Notes: generated by a model from the letters alone, not told the origin. Shown: positions 1-9,289, counted from the stretch's first letter. The stretch: 32,000 nucleotides of DNA from an uncultured Draconibacterium sp. (GCA_963677525.1 OY781970.1:5894802-5926801); one strand, 5' to 3'. A program made the numbers and translations.

Positions 1-820
1 AAGTTTTGGCGGCGAAATTTTTCTAAGCTCCGAGGTAACACGCTTTGAGGTGGGAGAGAAAAAAATGGATGCCCTGATTGTTAACGGAGAGGAGCGAATT
101 GAAGCCGATCACTTCATCTCCGGAATTCATCCGCAGGCAACGCTTGACCGGGTCGATGAAACTCCATTGCTTCGAAAGGTTTTCAGAACCAGGATCAGGA
201 GCCTGAAAAATACGATCTCGAATTTTACCATCTATCTTAAGTTCAAAAAAGATTGTTTCAGGTATAAAAATTTCAATCTGTATTATTATAGAAACGAGGA
301 TGTTTGGGATGCATTTTCCTATACAGAAGGCGAATGGCCCAAAAGTTTTCTCATGATGAATCAGGCCAGGTCGAAAGATACGTCGGGTTATGCCCACAGC
401 GCCATTGTAATTGCCTACATGAACTTTGAAGATGTGGCCAGGTGGAACGAAACGACTGTGGGAAAACGCGGCCAGGAATATCTCGATTTTAAGAAGGCGA
501 AAGCCGAAAAACTGTTGCAGGAACTGGAGTTGTGTTGCCCGGGAATAAACGATTGTATTGAAACGTATTATACTTCTTCTCCGTTAACTTACCGCGATTA
601 TACAGGAACAACAAACGGATCGATGTATGGCGTAATGCGCGATTGCAGCATGTCGTCGCAGCTGATGGTTACACAAAAAACAAAAATACCGAACCTGTTT
701 TTTACCGGCCAGAATATTAACGCGCACGGAATGCTGGGTGTAGCAGTTGGTTCCATAATTACATGTTCGGAGTTGATAGGGGCTGAAAAGTTGATTGGAC
801 AACTAAAGAGTTACAGCTAA
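1..820 (+). CDS. FAD-dependent oxidoreductase, phytoene-desaturase-like (CrtI/COG1233 type), 5'-truncated by the window edge
   Basis: The frame is open from nt 2 (SFGGEIFLSSEVTRFEV precedes the listed Met at 50) and stops at 818-820. It aligns colinearly by eye with the C-terminal half of the downstream paralogue 945..2462. Matching blocks: ISGIHPQATLD/ISAIHPAITLD, RIRSLKNTISNFTIYLKFKKD/RIKSIKNTTSSFTLFVKFKKD, PLTYRDYTGTTNGSMYG/PLTIRDYTGSKDGTLYG, FTGQNINAHGMLGV/LTGQNLNMHGILGV. Confidence 0.8.
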   Translation, partial: SFGGEIFLSSEVTRFEVGEKKMDALIVNGEERIEADHFISGIHPQATLDRVDETPLLRKVFRTRIRSLKNTISNFTIYLKFKKDCFRYKNFNLYYYRNEDVWDAFSYTEGEWPKSFLMMNQARSKDTSGYAHSAIVIAYMNFEDVARWNETTVGKRGQEYLDFKKAKAEKLLQELELCCPGINDCIETYYTSSPLTYRDYTGTTNGSMYGVMRDCSMSSQLMVTQKTKIPNLFFTGQNINAHGMLGVAVGSIITCSELIGAEKLIGQLKSYS

Positions 821-857
821 CTTTAGCAAATAGTAGCTTTTGAATTGTTTTAAGTAA

Positions 858-865
858 TAGATTTG
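858..865 (+). promoter_or_regulatory. candidate -7 box TAGATTTG (TAnnTTTG) upstream of the oxidoreductase gene
   Basis: Exact TAnnTTTG match 80 nt upstream of ATG 945. A TTTG at 839-842 sits closer than the usual -33 spacing. Confidence 0.3.
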
Positions 866-944
866 TGAATTTGATCATGATTGTTAATACAAAAATGAGA
901 AATTTTGGAGGTGTTAATATTTGTTATATTATTTTAGCTGCTAA

Positions 945-2462
945 ATGAGCTTTAAGTACGATATCTTAATAATAGGTAGCGGTTTGGGCGGCCTTACTTG
1001 CGGCAGTATTTTAAGTAAGGAAGGATATAAAGTTTGTGTACTCGAACAAAACCCTCAAATCGGCGGATGTCTTCAGAATTTCAGGAGAAACGGATATGTT
1101 TTCGATACCGGGATGCATTATGTCGGTGGGTTTGAACAGGGGCAGTCGCTTCAGAAAATATACTCTTATCTTGGTATTTACCACAAACTGAAGTTGCAAC
1201 CTCTGCATTCCGAACATTTCGATTTGATACATATAGGCAGCGATAATGCGAAATATCCACTTGGTTTGGGGTACGAAAGATTCGTTGAAAACCTTTCCAA
1301 AATTTTTCCCGAAGAAAAGGCAAATATCGAAAAGTATGCCGAAGCGGTTCAAACAATTTGTAAAAGTTTTCATTTATATTTTCTCGAATCGGTCTCCGGA
1401 ACAAACCATATGTTGGGTGAATATTCAACGACAAGCGTAGGCGAGTTTATCGATTCTATAACTACCAACGAAAAGTTGCGGATTGCTTTAGCCGGGAATA
1501 ATATGTTGTATGCCGGCGAACGTTACGAAACACCTGTATTTGTGCACGCGCTTATAAGCAATATGTTTATTACCGGTGCCAAATATTTTGTTGATGGTTC
1601 GCAACAACTGGCCAACGAAATGGCAGATTTGATCCGCAGTTCGGGTGGAGAAATAATTACGAAAAGTAAGGTTGTACATATCGAGGCGGCTGATAAAATG
1701 GTTAAATGGGTACAAACCGGTGATGAAAATATTTATGAAGCTGATACCTATATCTCGGCTATTCATCCGGCCATAACACTCGATATGATTGAGGATGACC
1801 AGATTCAAAAATCATACAGGAAACGGATAAAAAGTATTAAAAATACAACCTCGAGTTTCACTCTTTTTGTGAAATTCAAAAAGGATAAATTCAAGTATCT
1901 GAATTATAATTATTACTACGGAATTGATTATAATTCTATGTGGGAGATGGCCAATTATGATTTTGAAAAAGAATGGCCCAAAGGATTTATGATGCTTACT
2001 CCGCCACATTCCGATTCACCCGAATATGCCAAAACTGCAATTGTAAATTGTTTGATGAATTTTGATGAGGTAAAGCAGTGGGAATCGACACAAGTGGGGA
2101 ATCGGGGGGAAGAATACAAACAATTTAAGCAAAATTGTATCGACCGTGTAATACGAAGGATTGACGAGAGTATACCCGGTTTTTCTAATAATGTGGAGAC
2201 TGTTTTTGGAGCCACACCGCTTACTATCCGCGATTATACAGGATCGAAAGACGGAACTTTGTATGGAACCCGAAAAAGTATTAACGAATTAATGATTTCG
2301 CATATCTCACCGCGGACCAAATTGAACAACCTGCTTTTAACAGGGCAGAATCTGAATATGCACGGTATATTGGGCGTTCCGTTAACGGCGGTTCAAACCT
2401 GCGGCGAGTTAATCGGGTTAAATAACCTGATAAATAAAATAAATGAGGGAGCAGAAACATAA
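945..2462 (+). CDS. NAD(P)/FAD-dependent oxidoreductase, phytoene-desaturase-like (CrtI/COG1233 type)
   Basis: 505-aa ORF. It has an N-terminal Rossmann dinucleotide-binding fold (YDILIIGSGLGGLTCGSILSKEGYKVCVLEQ, GxGxxG with an acidic end), followed by GGCLQNFRRNGYVFDTGMHY, typical of amine-oxidase-fold desaturases. It is a tandem paralogue of 1..820. Confidence 0.85.
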   Translation: MSFKYDILIIGSGLGGLTCGSILSKEGYKVCVLEQNPQIGGCLQNFRRNGYVFDTGMHYVGGFEQGQSLQKIYSYLGIYHKLKLQPLHSEHFDLIHIGSDNAKYPLGLGYERFVENLSKIFPEEKANIEKYAEAVQTICKSFHLYFLESVSGTNHMLGEYSTTSVGEFIDSITTNEKLRIALAGNNMLYAGERYETPVFVHALISNMFITGAKYFVDGSQQLANEMADLIRSSGGEIITKSKVVHIEAADKMVKWVQTGDENIYEADTYISAIHPAITLDMIEDDQIQKSYRKRIKSIKNTTSSFTLFVKFKKDKFKYLNYNYYYGIDYNSMWEMANYDFEKEWPKGFMMLTPPHSDSPEYAKTAIVNCLMNFDEVKQWESTQVGNRGEEYKQFKQNCIDRVIRRIDESIPGFSNNVETVFGATPLTIRDYTGSKDGTLYGTRKSINELMISHISPRTKLNNLLLTGQNLNMHGILGVPLTAVQTCGELIGLNNLINKINEGAET

Positions 2463-2624
2463 AGTTGCCCTAATTTTTTTAGTTTTAACCGAACGCTTAA
2501 ATTCGGTGATGAATTTAACTGTTGAAATACTATTAACGAACAAGAAATAACGAATGTTGATCATATGAAACGAGCATGATAAAAATTATCACAAAGAAGG
2601 ATGACTAAAATTATGCGAGTTCCA

Positions 2625-2640
2625 TCCGTCAGCTGACGGA
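2625..2640. repeat. perfect 16-bp palindrome TCCGTCAGCTGACGGA upstream of the radical SAM gene
   Basis: Read directly: TCCGTCAG/CTGACGGA are exact reverse complements. It lies 27 nt upstream of ATG 2668 in a 205-bp intergenic region and no T-tract follows. Its function is unknown (operator or 5'-UTR hairpin). Confidence 0.5.
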
Positions 2641-2667
2641 CTTAAATCATAAAACAATAATAAAGGG

Positions 2668-3948
2668 ATGAAATTCAAACTTATATATCCAAGGTGGGAA
2701 AAACTGGAAGGGCAGACTACCTTTAACCTGCCTCCACACGGACCGGTGGTTTTTGCTGCCGCATTGCCTGATTATGTTGATGTCTCGTTTACCGACGAAA
2801 ATGTACAAACCATTGATTTCGATGAAGAATGCGATTTTGTTGGCATCTCGATGATGTTAAGCACCCAGGTGAACCGTGGCTGGCAAATTGCCAAAGAATT
2901 CAGAGCAAGAGGGAAAAAGGTGATTTTTGGTGGTATATCTACTATGTTGCATGCCAAAGAAACCATGGAACATGCTGACTCAATATTTCTGGGAGAGGCC
3001 GAAGGATACATGGAACAGGTTTTTAACGATTTCAGAAATAATAATCTGCAGAAGGTGTATAATTTCATGAATAAGTTGCCGGATATTAATCTTGTGGGAA
3101 CAGCACGGAGAGATATTCTCGACCGGACTTTGTACAACCACAAAGGCGTGCAAATGGTTGATTTATATCACGCTTCAAGGGGCTGTCGTTTTTCATGTTA
3201 CCCATGCGCCGTTGCTTATCTCGGTAGCCGGAAATTCAGGCCGCGCCCCATCGATAAGGCTATTGAGGAACTGGAAGCCATCGATAACAACCGCGTTTTT
3301 ATTGTTGATAACTCACTGGCACAAGATACCAAATGGGAAATGGATTTGTTCAGGGAAATGATTCCCCTAAAAAAGAAATTTATTAGTCATACCATTGAGG
3401 ACGATCCGAAAGTGCTTGATCTGGCCGCACAGGCAGGATCGTGGTATGTTTACCAGGCTGTGTTCGATACTTCAGATTACATTAAAAATCGTATAAAACG
3501 ATATCACGATTATGGTATTGGTGTGGAAGGAACTATCCTGCTTGGCCTTGATAACCAGACCGAAGACGACATGAAACGTCTGATTGACTTTTTATTGGAA
3601 ATAGATCTCGATTTGGCGGAATTTACGATTTTGGCTCCTTTTCCGCATACAAAAGCCTACAACGATCTGATGAAAGAAGGCCGTATATTCGATCATAACT
3701 GGGATAATTACAATGCAGGCAGGGTGGTTTATCAACCAAAACATATGAGTCCGGAGCGTTTGCAGGAATTGTATCAGTATGCCTGGGATACCTTTTATAA
3801 AGATGAATCGCAGGAGCAGAAGATGCTGAAATTATTCACTCAGGTTATGATGCGTGAAATGACCGACGGAACTTATCGTCCGCGCGACAGGAAACTGGCA
3901 AACAGAAGCTTCGGAAAAGAAGTGGTAAGAAATATCCAAACTCTTTAA
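2668..3948 (+). CDS. B12-binding domain-containing radical SAM protein
   Basis: 426-aa ORF. An N-terminal cobalamin-binding-like Rossmann segment (DFVGISMMLSTQ...KKVIFGGISTMLH...IFLGEAEG) is followed by the radical SAM cluster motif CRFSCYPC (CX3CX2C). Confidence 0.85.
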   Translation: MKFKLIYPRWEKLEGQTTFNLPPHGPVVFAAALPDYVDVSFTDENVQTIDFDEECDFVGISMMLSTQVNRGWQIAKEFRARGKKVIFGGISTMLHAKETMEHADSIFLGEAEGYMEQVFNDFRNNNLQKVYNFMNKLPDINLVGTARRDILDRTLYNHKGVQMVDLYHASRGCRFSCYPCAVAYLGSRKFRPRPIDKAIEELEAIDNNRVFIVDNSLAQDTKWEMDLFREMIPLKKKFISHTIEDDPKVLDLAAQAGSWYVYQAVFDTSDYIKNRIKRYHDYGIGVEGTILLGLDNQTEDDMKRLIDFLLEIDLDLAEFTILAPFPHTKAYNDLMKEGRIFDHNWDNYNAGRVVYQPKHMSPERLQELYQYAWDTFYKDESQEQKMLKLFTQVMMREMTDGTYRPRDRKLANRSFGKEVVRNIQTL

Positions 3949-3960
3949 GCGAATAGGAAA

Positions 3961-4338
3961 ATGAAGATTTCTTTGGATTATATTGATACAAATTTTGACT
4001 TTGAAGGCGATTGGGGAGTTGAGTCAAGATGTGGATTAAAGATTGTTGAAGGGAAAGAAAAAACCATTGTTATTGCAGCCGAATTGCCCGAAAATCCAGG
4101 TACTCAAATCACATCGGTTAGTGGCGACCTGGCCCGTCAGATTTGTGAGGCGCATAATATTCAGCCTGAAAATCTGTTGTACATAGAACATACTCCGAAT
4201 ATGAATTCGAAACTTTCGTTTTACGGAGAAACATTTTTCAGGGTTGATTTTGAGTTGGCCGACGGAAACTTTTCAACGCCAAAATGGGAAAAATTAACCC
4301 GGCAACAAGTTGACGAATTGATAGATTCAATTAAGTAA
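3961..4338 (+). CDS. hypothetical protein (125 aa), no motif recognised
   Basis: The ORF sits 12 nt after the rSAM stop and 2 nt before the ligase start, on the same strand, with codon usage similar to its neighbours. I recognise no family signature. Confidence 0.55.
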   Translation: MKISLDYIDTNFDFEGDWGVESRCGLKIVEGKEKTIVIAAELPENPGTQITSVSGDLARQICEAHNIQPENLLYIEHTPNMNSKLSFYGETFFRVDFELADGNFSTPKWEKLTRQQVDELIDSIK

Positions 4339-4340
4339 CT

Positions 4341-5648
4341 ATGGAGAGTTTTATTCCGGAAATAGAGTTGCAGGATCCGAAAACGGTTAAGCGGTTCCAG
4401 GAAGAAAAACTGGCAGAACATCTTCATTACCTGAAATCAGGTTCGAAATTTTATTCTTCGCTGTTCCAAAAGGAACATATCGACATCGATAAAATAAAAT
4501 TACTGGAAGATTTAAAACATATTCCGGTTACTACTAAAAAGGATTTACAGGAGCGAAACAACGACTTTATTTGTGTAGAGGAAGATAAGATTATCGATTT
4601 TATTACCACCTCGGGAACATTAGGCGATCCGGTTACTTTTGCCATGACCGACAAGGATCTCGACCGTTTGGCATACAATGAATTTATATCGTTTGCCTGT
4701 GCGGGAGGACATGCCGGTGAGAAATACCAGTTGATGACCACCATCGACAAACGTTTTATGGCGGGGTTGGCTTATTTCCTGGGAATAAGAAAAATGGGTG
4801 CGGGTATTATCCGTGTTGGCAACGGCATTCCAGAACTGCAGTGGGATACCATCGAACGTATATCGCCCAATGCCATAATTTGTGTTCCTTCGTTTATTTT
4901 GAAGATTATTGATTACGCCGAAAAACACGGCATCGATTATAAAAATTCATCAGTAAAAAAAGCTATTTGTATTGGCGAAAATCTGCGAAACGGCGATTTT
5001 GAGTTAAACATGCTGGGACAACGGATAAAAGCCAGGTGGGATATTGAATTGTATTCTACCTATGCATCAACCGAAATGGCAACTACTTTTACCGAATGCT
5101 GCGCACACCAAGGCGGGCATCATCATCCCGAATTAATTATTACTGAATTGCTGGATGAAGACAATAATCCGGTTGCAGAAGGCGAAGTGGGAGAGTTGGT
5201 TGTAACAACGCTGGGAGTTGAAGGTATGCCGCTACTGCGTTTTAAAACCGGCGATATGTGTCGTTTTTATACCGGGCCTTGTTCGTGTGGCAGAACCACG
5301 GCACGCATCAGCCCGATAATCGGGAGGAAAAATCAGATGATAAAATATAAAGGTACAACCCTTTATCCTCCAATGATTTTTGATGTATTGAATAACCTCG
5401 AGGAGGTGGAAAATTACATTGTTGAGGTGGGAACCAACGATTACGGCACCGACAATATTCTGGTTGCCGTTGGATGCACAACACCTTGCGAAGATTTTGA
5501 AAAACAAATAAAAGATAACTTCAGGGCGAAATTGAGGGTGGCACCTGAAATACGTTTTATGGAAATTGATGAAATAGCCAAAAAACATTTTCCAAATGGT
5601 AACAGAAAGCCACTTAACTTTATTGATAAGCGAAAAACCAAAATATGA
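4341..5648 (+). CDS. adenylate-forming ligase, phenylacetate-CoA ligase / coenzyme F390 synthetase-like (PaaK, COG1541 type)
   Basis: 435-aa ORF. ANL-superfamily motifs occur in order: TTSGTLGDP, YASTEMA, FKTGDMC, KYKGTTLYP. The short length and motif spacing fit the PaaK/F390-synthetase family rather than long 4CL/FadD enzymes. Confidence 0.8.
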   Translation: MESFIPEIELQDPKTVKRFQEEKLAEHLHYLKSGSKFYSSLFQKEHIDIDKIKLLEDLKHIPVTTKKDLQERNNDFICVEEDKIIDFITTSGTLGDPVTFAMTDKDLDRLAYNEFISFACAGGHAGEKYQLMTTIDKRFMAGLAYFLGIRKMGAGIIRVGNGIPELQWDTIERISPNAIICVPSFILKIIDYAEKHGIDYKNSSVKKAICIGENLRNGDFELNMLGQRIKARWDIELYSTYASTEMATTFTECCAHQGGHHHPELIITELLDEDNNPVAEGEVGELVVTTLGVEGMPLLRFKTGDMCRFYTGPCSCGRTTARISPIIGRKNQMIKYKGTTLYPPMIFDVLNNLEEVENYIVEVGTNDYGTDNILVAVGCTTPCEDFEKQIKDNFRAKLRVAPEIRFMEIDEIAKKHFPNGNRKPLNFIDKRKTKI

Positions 5649-6781
5649 ACACAACACGATTTGAAGATATTCGGCCCTATTACGATCATGAGGTAAATGA
5701 AGCGATGCAGCGAATTGCCGAGAATCCATTGGTGGACACGGTTCGGCAAAAGATGTTTCCTCAGATCCCTCTTGATATTTTGAAAGATAAGATCAGGAGT
5801 ACGGAAACCACATATCAATTTCAGACCACGTTTATGTACATGGCCATGAATGCGATTCTGGAAGGGACTACTAAAGGATGCGGTACGTCCGGTTTTGGTC
5901 GGATTTTGCCGGAAGGTTCGTATATTTTCTTGGCTAATCACCGCGACATTATTCTCGATTCAGGGATACTTCAGGTGAAATTGCACGAACATGGTTTCGA
6001 AAGTTCAGAAATGTCGTTTGGAAGCAACCTGATGATGAACGAGTTTGTGGTTGATATCGGCAAATCGAATAAAATGTATAAAACCATCAGGGCTAGCAAT
6101 AGAAAAGAATTGATTGAAAACTCGAAGCACCTGTCGGATTACCTGCGATATACTATTACCGAAAAACACAGTTCCACCTGGATTGCCCATCGTAACGGGC
6201 GTACCAAAGACGGCAACGACCGCACTGAACCCGGTTTGCTCAGAATGTTATCAATGACGGGTGTAAAAGATTTTGTGCCCAACATGTTCGAATTAAATAT
6301 CACTCCCATAAGTGTTTCATATGAATACGAACCATGCGCTGCTGAAAAGATCCGTGAGATTTACCTGTCGTCGAAAGGGCCTTATGTGAAGGAACCCGGT
6401 GAAGACCTGAGAAGTATTATCAGTGGCGTTCAGGGATACAAAGGAGGAATGCATTTAGCAATAGGTCATCCGGTTTCTAAAGAGATGCTGGAAGAAGCCG
6501 ATTCATATGTTAAAAGTGAAAAATATATTCAGCTTGCCGCATTAATCGATCAGGAAATTTTCCGGAATTACAAGCTGTGGAAAACCAACTACATGGCTTA
6601 TGATATGTTGAAAAAGGATGGAGAATATTCGGATAAATACAGCAAGGAAGATCTGGAACAGTTTACCGATTATATGAAAAAGACCACTGATAAAGTGGTG
6701 GAAGGACCGAGGGATGAGATAGAAACTTTATTCCTTAAACTTTATGCCAATCCGGTTATCAATAAAAAAAGCGTGGAATAA
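5645..6781 (+). CDS. acyltransferase, PlsC/LPLAT-like (1-acyl-sn-glycerol-3-phosphate acyltransferase family) with a C-terminal extension
   Basis: 378-aa ORF. ATG 5645 overlaps the ligase stop (ATGA). The LANHRDIILDSG block resembles the NH..D catalytic box of PF01553 acyltransferases, and a later WIAHRNGRTKDG block resembles the EGTR-type box. The assignment is motif-level only. Confidence 0.65.
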   Translation: MNTTRFEDIRPYYDHEVNEAMQRIAENPLVDTVRQKMFPQIPLDILKDKIRSTETTYQFQTTFMYMAMNAILEGTTKGCGTSGFGRILPEGSYIFLANHRDIILDSGILQVKLHEHGFESSEMSFGSNLMMNEFVVDIGKSNKMYKTIRASNRKELIENSKHLSDYLRYTITEKHSSTWIAHRNGRTKDGNDRTEPGLLRMLSMTGVKDFVPNMFELNITPISVSYEYEPCAAEKIREIYLSSKGPYVKEPGEDLRSIISGVQGYKGGMHLAIGHPVSKEMLEEADSYVKSEKYIQLAALIDQEIFRNYKLWKTNYMAYDMLKKDGEYSDKYSKEDLEQFTDYMKKTTDKVVEGPRDEIETLFLKLYANPVINKKSVE

Positions 6782-9275
6782 AACGTACGGGCTACAGCTA
6801 CTTATCATTATTTTTATTTCACTGATCCCTTTTGCAAGCCTAAGCCAAAGCTTTGTTCTTAAGGGTAAAATTATTGATGCCAAAACTTTTGAGGCGCTCC
6901 CTTATGTAAATATCGCCGTTCAGGGAACAACTCTGGGCACCATGTCTGATATTCGCGGGGAGTTTTCTTTTAAATTACCCGAAAGTAAGGTTTATAAGAT
7001 TAGTATATCGAGTGTTGGGTACAATGCACAAACATTTATAGCTTCCAAAGACACCTCTGTTTCGGTTCTGCTGAACCCGACCACCATGGAGTTGGAAGAG
7101 ATAACCGTTAAACCCGACGACACCGCCAATACTCTGGTTCGAAAGGTTATTGAAAATAGACCGCAATTTTCAGTTGATAAATGTTCGGCGCAGGAGTACG
7201 AAATGTATACCAAAGCCATGGTTACCTTTCGAAAATTCAATTTTAAAAAAGATTCGTCGTTAAACACGCGTTTTTTCAAAAAGGAATTCGAACGGTTTTC
7301 TATCCTCTCGGAAGATGATAAGGTGCCGGGATTACCCGGTTATATGATAGAAAGTTTGTCGAAAGTGTATACCTTAAAATCGCCGCAAAGGGTGCGCCGC
7401 GATGTGTTGTCGATGAATATGGAAGGTACGGTTTTTAATCAGACCGAAATGCTGGATGAGTTGATAAATAAACAGTTGGATCTGAATTTGTATGAGAACC
7501 AGGTTCAGCTTTTTGGGAAAACTTTTATAAGTCCGCTGGCTAATGGCGCCAAAGCCTTTTATAAATATTCACTGGTCGACACTCTGGAAATTGAAGGTGA
7601 ACGATGTCTCGAAATATACTTCTTCCCAAAACAGAAAGGAAACCTGTGTTTTTCGGGTTCCATGTGGATTGTTGATTCATTGTACATCCCCAAAAGAATG
7701 AGTGCCCGCACTTCGCTGCAAACCGATATCAACTACATCGATGCCATCAGTATTCACCAGGACTTCGATTTGAAGGATTCAAAAAGTGCTCCTTCCGAAT
7801 TACGCATTGGCATTACCGGTTTAAACCTGCTGATCGATGTGTTGAGTGTAAAGGATAATTACGTTTTATCAGTTCCCCGAAACACCGACTTTTATTCAGA
7901 GGAAATGCCGGCCGGGGAGAAAGTTGAAAACAAAACCAGATTATTTGAAAAACGGGAGGCTTATTTTTCCGATTATGATCAAATTGCTTTGGAAAACCTG
8001 AATAAACTTTCGGAAAGTGGAAAGATCAGAACCTTTTCGAAATTGATTGAAACGTCGATTACCGGTTTTTACAAAACAAAGTATCTCGATTACGGTCCCT
8101 GGTTGTTGCTGGCTTCATCGAACGAGATTGAAGGTACCCGTTTACGATTGGGAGCGAATACAACACTTGCGTTCAGCCCGAAATTTCATTTGGATGGCTA
8201 CCTGGCCTATGGTTTCGGTGACCAAAAATGGAAAGGGGCGTTCAATACTTCTTTCTTTTTTAATAAGAACCGGTGGGGATTGATCGGTTTTCGTTACGGT
8301 AATGATCTGGCCAATATCGGATCGGCAAATCCGTTCGAACAGCAGGATGCGTTTTTTGCCTTGTCAACAGCTATTAACAGCGCAGTTGATGTTAATCGGG
8401 TCGAGCTAAAATCACTTTATGGTCAGGTTGATGTGTTTCAGAATTTTACCTTGAAAACAGCATTTACTCAGGCCGATTATTCTCCGGTGGGCGAGAAGTT
8501 TGTTTTTGCCTGGTACGATAATGAAACTAAAACAAATCTTGCTTCTGATTTTGCCACCACTGAAATCGATGCGAGTTTAAGTTATCATCCCGGAAATAAC
8601 TACATCGTTGATGGAAACCGTCGTTTTCTGGCTGGCAATAATTCATCACCAGTTTTGGTGGTGGGTTATACCAAAGGTTTAAAGGATGTATTTGGTGGTG
8701 ATTTTGATTACGATAAACTGAAATTTTCGCTCGAACAAAAGGTTTTTACCAGCGGATTCGGTTACCTGCACTATTTGGCAGCTTACGAACAGACCTTCGG
8801 ACAGGCAGTTTATCCCTTATTAAATGTGCTTCCCGGAAACGAATCGATTTGGCGCTCGTGGACGCAGTTTAACCTGATCGATAAAGGAACGATTGTAGCT
8901 GATAAATTGATCAGTGCCCGAGCAGAGTGGCATTTTGAAGGAAGCATAACACGAAAATTGCCGCTGATAAAATGGTTGGATGTACGTTTACTTGCCGGTG
9001 GAAATCTTGCCCTTGGAAGTTTCGATGAAAGTAAAAATGGTTTTTACGATCCGGTGAGTAATCCGGGAGGAATATTGTCGGCTACGGATGCCGGTGGACT
9101 TCCGTCAAGTTCTTTTCAACCTTTGCAATTCGACAAACCTTATTCTGAGGTTTTCTTTGGCGTTGAGAATATTTTTAAAATTTTCAGGGCAGATTTTATT
9201 TTCAGAGCCAATTCATTTTATGAGAATTATGCTTCGGAATTTGGAATAAAAATCAGCGGTAGGTTCGGATTGTAA
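6744..9275 (+). CDS. DUF5686-type outer-membrane protein with an N-terminal carboxypeptidase-regulatory-like domain
   Basis: 843-aa ORF. The N-terminus is signal-peptide-like (KKAWNK then LQLLIIIFISLIPFASLSQS). A CarboxypepD_reg-like beta-sandwich follows (LKGKIIDAKTFEALPYVNIAVQGTTLGTMSDIRGEFSF...SISSVGY), then a long beta-rich region. The start overlaps the upstream CDS by 38 nt and no alternative ATG is available. Confidence 0.7.
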   Translation: MPIRLSIKKAWNKTYGLQLLIIIFISLIPFASLSQSFVLKGKIIDAKTFEALPYVNIAVQGTTLGTMSDIRGEFSFKLPESKVYKISISSVGYNAQTFIASKDTSVSVLLNPTTMELEEITVKPDDTANTLVRKVIENRPQFSVDKCSAQEYEMYTKAMVTFRKFNFKKDSSLNTRFFKKEFERFSILSEDDKVPGLPGYMIESLSKVYTLKSPQRVRRDVLSMNMEGTVFNQTEMLDELINKQLDLNLYENQVQLFGKTFISPLANGAKAFYKYSLVDTLEIEGERCLEIYFFPKQKGNLCFSGSMWIVDSLYIPKRMSARTSLQTDINYIDAISIHQDFDLKDSKSAPSELRIGITGLNLLIDVLSVKDNYVLSVPRNTDFYSEEMPAGEKVENKTRLFEKREAYFSDYDQIALENLNKLSESGKIRTFSKLIETSITGFYKTKYLDYGPWLLLASSNEIEGTRLRLGANTTLAFSPKFHLDGYLAYGFGDQKWKGAFNTSFFFNKNRWGLIGFRYGNDLANIGSANPFEQQDAFFALSTAINSAVDVNRVELKSLYGQVDVFQNFTLKTAFTQADYSPVGEKFVFAWYDNETKTNLASDFATTEIDASLSYHPGNNYIVDGNRRFLAGNNSSPVLVVGYTKGLKDVFGGDFDYDKLKFSLEQKVFTSGFGYLHYLAAYEQTFGQAVYPLLNVLPGNESIWRSWTQFNLIDKGTIVADKLISARAEWHFEGSITRKLPLIKWLDVRLLAGGNLALGSFDESKNGFYDPVSNPGGILSATDAGGLPSSSFQPLQFDKPYSEVFFGVENIFKIFRADFIFRANSFYENYASEFGIKISGRFGL

Positions 9276-9289
9276 TCACCGGTATAAAC

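Noticed and set aside
907-911. GGAGG as a Shine-Dalgarno sequence for the 945 start
   Set aside because: It lies 33 nt upstream of the ATG, which is too far, and other genes in the window show no consistent SD sequences.
5232-5941. Two long antisense ORFs (165 and 166 aa) opposite the ligase/acyltransferase genes
   Set aside because: They have no recognisable motifs and odd composition, and they lie fully antisense to CDSs with strong family motifs and coupled start/stop geometry.
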